The position numbers and the translations under genes are program-made. Source: Lancefieldella rimae ATCC 49626 (GTDB lineage: Bacteria; Actinomycetota; Coriobacteriia; Coriobacteriales; Atopobiaceae). Taken from it: a stretch of DNA of 24,000 nucleotides. Position 1 is the stretch's first letter, and each line of letters begins with the position of its first letter. The notes below the pieces were generated by a model. It was not told the origin of the DNA and made no database searches. It was given only the letters and a program-made list of their open reading frames with translations. The DNA lies in contig NZ_ACFE01000002.1 in assembly GCF_000174015.1 (NCBI RefSeq), positions 290,430 through 314,429 of the forward strand. The letters are read 5' to 3'. This document shows, piece by piece, positions 7,351 through 14,708 of this stretch.

Positions 7351-8451
7351 ATGGAGACATTTCCCTTGTATTCCCGGTCATTTGAAGAGGCAAAAGAATT
7401 GCAGTTCAAAATTGTTGACTGTGCAACAAAAGTTTTCAATGGAAATGACGCCCTCTCGATAGGGGACTTGGGTGTGCATAAAGGCACCAATGAGCCTCTC
7501 CAAACCATCCGAGTTGAGAAGGTACTTGCAAGAGCTTTCGATGCCGAAGATGCCGTTCTTGTACGGGGTGCGGGAACCGGAGCGCTGAGATGGGCTCTTG
7601 CAGCCACAATCAAGCCAGGGTCAACCATACTTGTGCATGATGCTCCAATATATCCAACAACAAAAGTGACGCTTGAGCTTATGGGATGTACGGCAGTTTA
7701 TGCGGATTTTAATAATCTAGAGCAGACTAAGAGAGTGATTGAAGAAGCCAAGGGCTTATCGGCAGTCTTAATACAACATTCCCGACAAAAGCCAGATGAT
7801 TCGTATGATCTTGGGCAGGTTATACGAGTTGTCAGAGACGCAAATCCAGGGCTTCCGATAGTGGTCGACGACAATTATGCCGTTACGAAAGTCATGAAAA
7901 TCGGATGGCAAGCGGGAGCTGACTTGTCGGCGTTCTCAAGCTTCAAATTACTTGGACCAGAAGGAGTCGGCATCGTACTTGGTGCCAAGGACTACATTTC
8001 TGCGATCCGCAAAATGCAATATTCGGGCGGAAGCCAGGTCCAAGGTTCGGAGGCAATGGAAGTCCTTCGTGGTCTTATTTATGCACCGGTCGCACTATCA
8101 ATTACGGGGGCAACGTGTCATGAGTTGGCAGACCGGCTGAATGCGAAAGAGATCCCTCATGTTGTTCAGGCCTTTGTCGCCAACTCCGAAAGTAAGGCCG
8201 TTCTTATAGAGTTTGATGAAGATATCGCCGAGAAAGTTCTTGAACTTGCACCTGTGTACGGAGCTGCTCCTCATCCCGTGGGATGTGAGAGCAAATATGA
8301 ATTCTTGCCAATGTTCTACCGGATAAGTGCAACGTTTCGAGAGGCAAATAGTGCGTGGGAACATCGAATGATCCGGGTAAATGTTATGCGTTCCGGAGCG
8401 GATACCGTTATACGGATCCTTAAAGAGCTGTTGGATGAGATCTATAGCTAG
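7351..8451 (+). CDS. yhfS: YhfS-like fold-type-I PLP-dependent enzyme
   Basis: The protein is 366 aa and starts 2 nt after the php stop. METFPL..., VRGAGTGALR, ILVHDAPIYPTTKV, DDNYAVTKV, FSSFKLLGPEGVG (the candidate PLP lysine), YSGGSQVQG, PVGCESKYE and FYRISATFR match blocks I remember from E. coli YhfS. Confidence 0.9.
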   Translation: METFPLYSRSFEEAKELQFKIVDCATKVFNGNDALSIGDLGVHKGTNEPLQTIRVEKVLARAFDAEDAVLVRGAGTGALRWALAATIKPGSTILVHDAPIYPTTKVTLELMGCTAVYADFNNLEQTKRVIEEAKGLSAVLIQHSRQKPDDSYDLGQVIRVVRDANPGLPIVVDDNYAVTKVMKIGWQAGADLSAFSSFKLLGPEGVGIVLGAKDYISAIRKMQYSGGSQVQGSEAMEVLRGLIYAPVALSITGATCHELADRLNAKEIPHVVQAFVANSESKAVLIEFDEDIAEKVLELAPVYGAAPHPVGCESKYEFLPMFYRISATFREANSAWEHRMIRVNVMRSGADTVIRILKELLDEIYS

Positions 8452-8478
8452 GGATATGTAGAAGAGCTGGAGGCTCTG

Positions 8479-9639
8479 ATGTTTTTGGACAGGCTGAATA
8501 AAACCAATAAATCGCTGGTAGATCTAGCATTTTCTCTGCATCAGCAGGGGGCTATAGAGCCAGATACCTATATAGTTGATCTTGACTCACTGATAGAAAA
8601 TGCACAGAAGCTCAAAAAGAAAGCTAACGAGAAGAACATCCAGCTGTATTTCATGCTCAAGCAATTAGGAAGAAATCCTCTTATTGCTCAGACTCTTGAC
8701 GAACTTGGGTATGCCGGAGCGGTATGTGTTGATTATAGGGAAGCAACAACGCTTGGTGAGAATGGAGTCCGGCTGGGGCATGTGGGAAACCTTGTGCAGA
8801 TTCCTCTTCAAAGTATTGAGAGAATACTGACGTACCGACCAGAAATCGTAACGGTTTTCTCACGAGAAGAAGCAAAAAGAATTGGAGAGGTTGCAGAACG
8901 GCTTGGTTTTGTTCAGTCTATTATGCTTAAAGTTCTTGATACAGAGGATGTTCAATATTCTGGCCAAAGTGGCGGTTTTTATGTGGATGAACTTGAGCAA
9001 GTGGAACAAGAAATCGCAAAAACTTCCGGTGTACATATAGCAGGAGTCTGTTCGTTTCCGTGTTTCTTGTTTTCTGATCAAACAAATCGTATAGAGACGT
9101 TGCATAACGTTTCTACAGTACAAAAGGCTTGCGAGTACCTTCATTCAGTAGGTTATGACAATCTCCAGGTTAATCTACCCTCGCAGAGCTGTACTGCTCT
9201 TGTGGATCGAGTGAGCCAACTTCAAGGGACGCATATGGAGCCTGGACATGGGCTGACAGGAACGACGCCCTATCATGCTGCCGGTAACGACATGGATGAG
9301 AAGACGTCGTACGTATACGTAAGCGAGATAAGCCACAATCTTGGATCAAATTCTTATTGCTATGGTGGGGGCTTTTATAGGCGCGGACACCTGCATCGTG
9401 CTCTTGTAGGAAAAAGAGAAGATTCTGCAAAGACATGCGAGGTAAACGCGCCAACTCCCGAAAGTATTGATTACTATTTTGAACTATCTCAGAATGCGAC
9501 CGTAGGAGATACGGTGCTTATGTGTTTTAGAGCACAGATGTTTGTTACCAGAAGCCATATTGCCGTGGTACGTGGTCTTTCACATAATGCTCCGGTAATT
9601 GAAGGAGTATTTGATTCGCAAGGTAGAAAAATTCGCTAG
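8479..9639 (+). CDS. yhfX: YhfX-like fold-type-III PLP enzyme (alanine-racemase N-terminal domain family)
   Basis: The protein is 386 aa (E. coli YhfX is about 387 aa). The matching blocks are PDTYIVDLD, LYFMLKQLGRNP (candidate PLP lysine), AVCVDYREA, FPCFLF, EPGHGLTGT, SEISH, SYCYGGGFYRRGH and CFRAQMFVTRS. Confidence 0.88.
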   Translation: MFLDRLNKTNKSLVDLAFSLHQQGAIEPDTYIVDLDSLIENAQKLKKKANEKNIQLYFMLKQLGRNPLIAQTLDELGYAGAVCVDYREATTLGENGVRLGHVGNLVQIPLQSIERILTYRPEIVTVFSREEAKRIGEVAERLGFVQSIMLKVLDTEDVQYSGQSGGFYVDELEQVEQEIAKTSGVHIAGVCSFPCFLFSDQTNRIETLHNVSTVQKACEYLHSVGYDNLQVNLPSQSCTALVDRVSQLQGTHMEPGHGLTGTTPYHAAGNDMDEKTSYVYVSEISHNLGSNSYCYGGGFYRRGHLHRALVGKREDSAKTCEVNAPTPESIDYYFELSQNATVGDTVLMCFRAQMFVTRSHIAVVRGLSHNAPVIEGVFDSQGRKIR

Positions 9640-9648
9640 CTATAGTGA

Positions 9649-10878
9649 ATGGAGCATATGATGAGCGGAAAGTTCGTAGTTATTGTTTTGGATGGTTTTG
9701 GTGTTGGAGAAATGGAGGATACAAAGGATATCCGACCAGCAGACATTGGCTCCAATACCTGCGCCCACATTTTTGAAAACATGCCAGGTCTTACACTTCC
9801 GACCCTAGAGAAGCTCGGTCTTGCAAATGCTGTAGGGAGAGAATTTGAGACACTGCACTTCTCGCCAAGCGCTCTGTATGGTAAGAGCAAGCTCATGCAC
9901 CAGGGTGCTGATACGTTTTATGGGCATCAAGAAATTATGGGAACAAAACCACCAAAACCTCTGGCTGAAGCCATACAGAGCCATATTGAAGAGATCAAAA
10001 CAGAGCTTTCCAAGGCAGGGTTCAAGGTTCGAGAATTCTCGTCTTCTGAGTCAGGGAATAAGATCCTTATCGTCAATGAAGCATGTACTGTGGCAGATAA
10101 TATTGAGTGTGATCCTGGCCAGGCGTTCAATGTAACTGCTGCAATAGATGATATTGATTTTGAAACTGAGCTGACAATCGGATGTATTGTGAGAAAGGTT
10201 GCAAAAACCCCGCGGGTTATTACGTTTGGAGGCCGGGGAATGCATCTTCAGAACCTCTTGGATGCGATTGAAGAGCATGGTAATTTTATTGGCGTTAATG
10301 CTCCGGCCTCAGGGGTTTATGACAATGACTATCACTGCGTCCATATGGGTTATGGAATTGATGAAAAGGTGCAGGTTCCTTTTATTTTAGGAGAACAAAA
10401 GGTTCCGGTGTATCTATTAGGTAAAGTTGCCGATGTCTGTGCAAATGCATTTGGACAGTCGGAATCTATTGTGGATACGGCTCAGGTACTTTCTCGAACC
10501 CTTGCCATTGTGTCATCAATTGAGGGCGGGTTTGTTTGTACCAATGTGCAAGAGACAGATCTTCAGGGACATGGAGAGAGCGTACCTGGGTATGCCGAGA
10601 AATTGAGGATCGCCGACTCATACATTGCTCAAATCATTGATGAGCTACAGGATGACGATATTTTGATAGTTATGGCCGATCATGGCAACGATCCTACGAT
10701 TGGTCATCCTCATCATACAAGGGAACATGTGCCGCTGTTGATATATACCAAAAATGGGACTCCAAAAAATATTGGAGTCCGAGAGACCCTGTCTGATGTT
10801 GGGGCAACCGTAGCGGATTATTTTGGAGCTCCTTCACCTGAGAACGGTACGAGTTTCTTAAGTGCAATAAGAGAATAA
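9649..10878 (+). CDS. yhfW: YhfW-like metalloenzyme (phosphopentomutase/alkaline-phosphatase superfamily)
   Basis: The protein is 409 aa from the ATG at 9649. In-frame ATGs at 9658 and 9661 sit closer to a GGAG at 9651-9654 and may be the true start. The matching blocks are IVLDGFGVGEM, LPTLEKLGLANA, GADTFYGHQEIMGT, VITFGG, VHMGYGIDEKVQVP, CTNVQETDLQGH, VMADHGNDPTIGHPHHTREHVPLL and LSDVGATVADYFGAP. Confidence 0.88.
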   Translation: MEHMMSGKFVVIVLDGFGVGEMEDTKDIRPADIGSNTCAHIFENMPGLTLPTLEKLGLANAVGREFETLHFSPSALYGKSKLMHQGADTFYGHQEIMGTKPPKPLAEAIQSHIEEIKTELSKAGFKVREFSSSESGNKILIVNEACTVADNIECDPGQAFNVTAAIDDIDFETELTIGCIVRKVAKTPRVITFGGRGMHLQNLLDAIEEHGNFIGVNAPASGVYDNDYHCVHMGYGIDEKVQVPFILGEQKVPVYLLGKVADVCANAFGQSESIVDTAQVLSRTLAIVSSIEGGFVCTNVQETDLQGHGESVPGYAEKLRIADSYIAQIIDELQDDDILIVMADHGNDPTIGHPHHTREHVPLLIYTKNGTPKNIGVRETLSDVGATVADYFGAPSPENGTSFLSAIRE

Positions 10879-10882
10879 AACG

Positions 10883-11956
10883 ATGGGGTATACACTCGAA
10901 CAGCGAATAGTACTTGCTCAGCGGGCACTTGGAAACAGTGTTGTGGCAATTAACCATGATGTTGCAGGAGCTTCAACTGAGACAATCTATGTTGGTATAA
11001 AAGATACCGAGTGCATTTCCGATGATTTGATTGAGACCATTAAAAGTTCTTCTCGGTATCGAATACTTACGGTTGACAAAATGAGTGATTTTGGTCGCAG
11101 TGTTGACAGTGATTTGGTCAATCCTCTGACATTTAGTCCCATGACTGGATCGACAAGCGGAGGCCCAATCAATATTCTGAAGGGCATTACCGATGTATGC
11201 ATTGGGACGGACGGTGGTGGCAGCGTTCTAGCGCCGGCTCTTGCAACAAATCTGTATTCATTTCTGGGAACTGGTATGGGTTTGACGTGTACGCAAAAAG
11301 GCATTTCTACCGACGGCATTCCATTGAGTCCAGGTGTGGGAGTTATTGGCGCTTCTCTGGAGAGTGTCATTGATCTTGTGAAGTTGATCTGTCAAATAGA
11401 TATTGATTGCAGCCCAAGAAAGAGGCACTTAAAGCTGGTACTTCCGGCGCCATCGTGTAAAAAGCATCCTTCGAGGGCAACAATATATGAAAGGATACAG
11501 TCCTACCTCAAGGCGTTGAGCGTTGAGGTGGATTGTGTCACCTATCCATATATAGATATGGCTGACCGAAAAAGTACCGTTAATGACTTAAAGCATATAT
11601 GGCGAGAAGATCCGTGCGCCATAGTGGTTTCATTTGAAGGGCCGATTGACTATCCGCTTCCTGAAGAGTCGATACGTAGTTCGTTTAGAGGGCTTGTTGA
11701 GGAAGAGAGTGATGTAGATCATACAAAATTGCTCTGCAAGTCTATCAACATTGCAGGTGGGACTGCTATAACAATTCCAGCTGATGAGATTGCGAGTGGA
11801 CTGTTATTGGCGGCTGCTCCAGGGTTAGAGCAAGTGCAGAATTTGGTTTTTCTCGCGAAAGAGATTGATAAAATTACCCCAAAGTCAGCCCTTTTTGAAA
11901 AGTATTTTCTCAATCATGAAAAAGCACCAACAATAAGGACGAGTACTGTATTTTAA
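10883..11956 (+). CDS. Short, divergent amidase-signature (AS)-like protein; ninth gene of the operon
   Basis: The protein is 357 aa and starts 4 nt after the yhfW stop. NPLTFSPMTGSTSGGPINILKGITDVCIGTDGGGSVLAPALA resembles the AS core (NP...GGSSGG...GTDtGGSiRiPA). VGIKDTE resembles the catalytic-lysine block (KD). The C-terminal roughly 200 aa has no motif I recognise. Confidence 0.65.
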   Translation: MGYTLEQRIVLAQRALGNSVVAINHDVAGASTETIYVGIKDTECISDDLIETIKSSSRYRILTVDKMSDFGRSVDSDLVNPLTFSPMTGSTSGGPINILKGITDVCIGTDGGGSVLAPALATNLYSFLGTGMGLTCTQKGISTDGIPLSPGVGVIGASLESVIDLVKLICQIDIDCSPRKRHLKLVLPAPSCKKHPSRATIYERIQSYLKALSVEVDCVTYPYIDMADRKSTVNDLKHIWREDPCAIVVSFEGPIDYPLPEESIRSSFRGLVEEESDVDHTKLLCKSINIAGGTAITIPADEIASGLLLAAAPGLEQVQNLVFLAKEIDKITPKSALFEKYFLNHEKAPTIRTSTVF

Positions 11957-12293
11957 TTGGCGGTAATTTTAGCTTTTGCGCATGTAGATACGCTGCCGAT
12001 GGTGCTGTTCTTGGGTTTTTAGATTAATTCTTGCCATAACATATGTTTGCTCGTTATAGATGAACGTTGAAGTGTGTGGCTTTGTGCTTGTATTGGTAAT
12101 TTCTCACTAATAAAATCCAGGCTTTGAAGATGTTGATAAGTGCTGTGTACGAATTTAACATATCAAAATAATAACTTACCAATGGTCTGAGCACGTCGAT
12201 TAGCCAGTCTCATTTAGTTCATTAATTACGAAACAAATGGGTTTTGTTGCAGAATACTGGACTTTTATATCTTTATCATAGAGGAGGAAAAGC

Positions 12294-12407
12294 ATGAACA
12301 ATCGCGCGGAGTTGTTGTTTACCTTAGTATGCAAGCGTGCCGAGAGGGTTTCTGTTGAACAGATATGTCAAAATGCAGGATTGAAAACTGTCCGTCATGG
12401 CGAGTAG
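12294..12407 (+). other. 37-codon ORF with a strong Shine-Dalgarno: possibly a TetR/DhaS-type regulator N-terminal remnant, or an upstream small ORF of fsa
   Basis: GAGGAGGA at 12281-12288 lies 5 nt before the ATG at 12294. The product is MNNRAELLFTLVCKRAERVSVEQICQNAGLKTVRHGE*. The ...VSVEQICQNAGL segment looks like helices 2-3 of a TetR-type HTH. The stop lies 31 nt before the fsa ATG. The ORF is too short for the ORF track. Confidence 0.2.
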
Positions 12408-12438
12408 CTATGACAATGCGTGAACGGAAACTTATAGC

Positions 12439-13107
12439 ATGGAATTTATTCTTGATACCGCTGATTTAGATGCCGTAAAGAAGCTTGATGAATTGTTGAC
12501 TATTGCAGGTGTGACCACTAACCCTACAATTATAACGAAAAGCGGTAAGAGTCCAGAGGATGTCATTCGGCAGTTTGTGGACTATCTGCGCCCTGAGCAG
12601 AAATTCTTTGTCCAAGTGGTTTCGACAGAATATCAGGAGATGTTGGATGAAGCTCGCTACATTTGCGACCTTCGCCCCAAGAATACATATGCCAAAATTC
12701 CCGTTACTCATACGGGTTACAAGGCGATAAAAATACTAAAGTCAGAGGGTCGTGGCGTTTTGGCAACGGCCATCTACTCTGCTGACGAGGCTTTTTTGGC
12801 AGCGTTGAATGGTGCCGATTACCTAGCTCCTTACGTGAACCGCATGTGCAACTACGGAGATGGTATCGGTCAGGTCGTAGATCTTCTTCAAATGCTTGAA
12901 GCCCAGGAATTGAATTCAAAAGTTATTGCCGCTTCATTTAAGAATACGGAGCAGGTCCACGCTCTTATTGCTGCAGGCATTCATGCAGTGACTGTTCCAC
13001 CGGAGATTGCCTATGCGATGATTGGCCATCCTGGCACCGAGATTGCCGTTAAGGAGTTCTCTGCCAACTGGCAGGTCGCTTATGGTCGGGATTCTTTAAG
13101 GAGCTAA
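12439..13107 (+). CDS. fsa: Fructose-6-phosphate aldolase (transaldolase-family class I aldolase, Fsa/TalC type)
   Basis: The protein is 222 aa. The matching blocks are MEFILDTADLDAVKK...AGVTTNPTII, a candidate Schiff-base lysine in YAKIPVT, the APYVNR block that is Fsa-like rather than Tal-type SPFLGR, and a FSANWQVAYGR C-terminus resembling E. coli FsaA F..DWQGAFGR. Confidence 0.87.
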   Translation: MEFILDTADLDAVKKLDELLTIAGVTTNPTIITKSGKSPEDVIRQFVDYLRPEQKFFVQVVSTEYQEMLDEARYICDLRPKNTYAKIPVTHTGYKAIKILKSEGRGVLATAIYSADEAFLAALNGADYLAPYVNRMCNYGDGIGQVVDLLQMLEAQELNSKVIAASFKNTEQVHALIAAGIHAVTVPPEIAYAMIGHPGTEIAVKEFSANWQVAYGRDSLRS

Positions 13108-13246
13108 AGGTTTACTAAAAACCTGCTGTGACTGTGGAGCGTAATAGATTCTTATAAGGTAGCTCCATGAGTAGGACTTGATACTAACGTCCTTTCTGCA
13201 GTTCGTTAGTAGTCTTTTGGTGAAAATGATGCTGTCTCAAGAACAG

Positions 13247-13292
13247 TGCAACGCAAATGCAACGCAAACGTTTGCGTTGCATTTGCGTTGCA
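13247..13292. repeat. 46-bp perfect palindrome built from four copies of the 11-mer TGCAACGCAAA (two direct, a CG centre, two inverted)
   Basis: Read directly from the sequence: TGCAACGCAAA TGCAACGCAAA CG TTTGCGTTGCA TTTGCGTTGCA. Every position pairs with its mirror. The symmetry ends at 13246/13293. Confidence 0.95.
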
Positions 13293-13326
13293 AAGAAAAC
13301 CAGAGAAATGAAATTTCTGAATCCAC

Positions 13327-13357
13327 AAGACGCCGATGCTTCCAACATCGGCGTCTT
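13327..13357. repeat. 12-bp perfect-stem hairpin with a 7-nt loop and no U-tract
   Basis: AAGACGCCGATG (13327-13338), loop CTTCCAA, CATCGGCGTCTT (13346-13357). Neither strand has a T-run after the stem. Confidence 0.85.
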
Positions 13358-13388
13358 ACTTCTCCTCCAAATCAAGAAATTCTCATTA

Positions 13389-13410
13389 TACTGAGTAAAT
13401 TTACTCAGTA
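13389..13410. promoter_or_regulatory. 22-bp perfect palindrome TACTGAGTAAATTTACTCAGTA; candidate operator overlapping the ATPase gene promoter
   Basis: Perfect dyad symmetry read directly from the sequence. It ends 22 nt upstream of the ATG at 13433. A -10-like TATACT at 13387-13392 overlaps its left arm. Confidence 0.45.
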
Positions 13411-13432
13411 CTGCAAGAAGTAGGAGAGTTTG

Positions 13433-14629
13433 ATGTTCGAGCGAAGCTATGTAGAAACAATCGTTGAACGAATTGCAGAAGAGAATAATCCGTTGATGCA
13501 GGTTGTTGTGGACCCTCGTCAAACCGGAAAGAGTACCATACTTGGACAAGCACTCGCCAAGATGGATATGGAGCAGTTCTTTGTAAGTGCAGATGACGCT
13601 ATTGTTCCAACTGAAGAGTGGCTTCAAGTTGAGTGGCAACAAGCGCGCAACTCGACTCTTTCTGGATCTCGGACGGTAGTGTTAGCAGTTGATGAGATAC
13701 AAAAAGTTCCGCATTGGTCAGCTGTGGTAAAGGCACTTTATGATGCCGACCGACGCAACAATATGCCCATTCGTATTATCCTCAGCGGATTATCTTCGCT
13801 ACTGTTGCACAAAGGCCTAGAGGACTCGCTGATGGGGCGCTTCGAGATGATTTACTCTCCCCATTGGAGCTATGCGGAATGTTCGCAGGCGTTTGGATTC
13901 TCCCTTGACGACTATTTGTATTACGGCGGTTATCCGGGGGCAGCTCGATTTGCGGGTGATGATATACGTTGGACTTCTTATGTGCGCGATGCAATTGTTG
14001 AGCCCACCATTTCACAGGATGTTCTTGCGTTGGAAGATATCCGTAAACCCGCTCTTATGCGCTCTCTTTTTAGACTCGGTTCGACATACTCTGCGCAGGA
14101 ACTCTCCTTTAACAAAATGCTTGGGCAGCTTCGGGATGCCGGAAATACCGTAACAATTGCTCATTACCTAGATCTCCTAGGTAAGTCAGGAATACTCTGC
14201 GGTATTCAAAAATATGACAAAAAGGCAATTACGCGCAAAAAGAGTTCTCCACGTCTTATGGTATTTGATACTTCGCTTATGACTGCCGTATCCGGAATTG
14301 CAAAAGAACGCTGTCTCAACGAGCTGGATTTACGTGGACGTCTCATTGAATCAGCTGTTGGCGCAAGGCTTCTTGCGCGCTCGGCAGAGGAGGGCTTTGA
14401 TGTGTTTTGGTGGCGAGAAGGATCGAAGGAGGTTGATTTTGTCATTTCGAAAGGTACGTCAGCTCTCTCCGCAATAGAGGTCGAAAGCGGGCACAAAAAA
14501 GAGCAAAGCGGTATGGCAGCTTTTCTTTCTTTGCATCCAAATGCCAAGCGCCTCGTTGTTGGCGGTATTTCCGCCGGAGCTTGTGAAATCGAGAAGTTCC
14601 TGAAAGATGAAGTGCCGCTGTTTTATTAA
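13433..14629 (+). CDS. AAA_14-type ATPase with a DUF4143 / PD-(D/E)xK-like C-terminal domain
   Basis: This uses the frame of ORF 13430..14629. I prefer the ATG at 13433, 6 nt after AGGAG. The P-loop is VVVDPRQTGKSTIL and Walker B is VVLAVDEIQKV. The central part is DUF4143-like. The C-terminal WWREGSKEVDFVI...LSAIEVESGHKK resembles the nuclease-like E..EVDFV...iEVK motif of this family. Confidence 0.85.
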   Translation: MFERSYVETIVERIAEENNPLMQVVVDPRQTGKSTILGQALAKMDMEQFFVSADDAIVPTEEWLQVEWQQARNSTLSGSRTVVLAVDEIQKVPHWSAVVKALYDADRRNNMPIRIILSGLSSLLLHKGLEDSLMGRFEMIYSPHWSYAECSQAFGFSLDDYLYYGGYPGAARFAGDDIRWTSYVRDAIVEPTISQDVLALEDIRKPALMRSLFRLGSTYSAQELSFNKMLGQLRDAGNTVTIAHYLDLLGKSGILCGIQKYDKKAITRKKSSPRLMVFDTSLMTAVSGIAKERCLNELDLRGRLIESAVGARLLARSAEEGFDVFWWREGSKEVDFVISKGTSALSAIEVESGHKKEQSGMAAFLSLHPNAKRLVVGGISAGACEIEKFLKDEVPLFY

Positions 14630-14708
14630 GGGGAAGAGGAGACCTAGGGAATGAGGTTTGGTCTAAAAGTTCCAAGCCCAAGTTCCGTCTCTTAGCAAAT
14701 GGTAAACG

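Noticed and set aside
11957-12280. An AT-rich 320-bp spacer after the operon, checked for a terminator, tRNA, or att-like repeats
   Set aside because: I found only short, weak inverted repeats (7-bp arms about 70 nt apart, or 6-bp A/T stems). There is no convincing intrinsic terminator or RNA gene signature.
13184-13642. A 152-aa minus-strand ORF and an 81-aa plus-strand ORF (13178..13423) across the palindrome-rich spacer
   Set aside because: Both read straight through the perfect palindromes, which automatically produce mirrored open frames. Neither has a Shine-Dalgarno sequence or a recognisable motif, and the minus-strand ORF overlaps the ATPase start.
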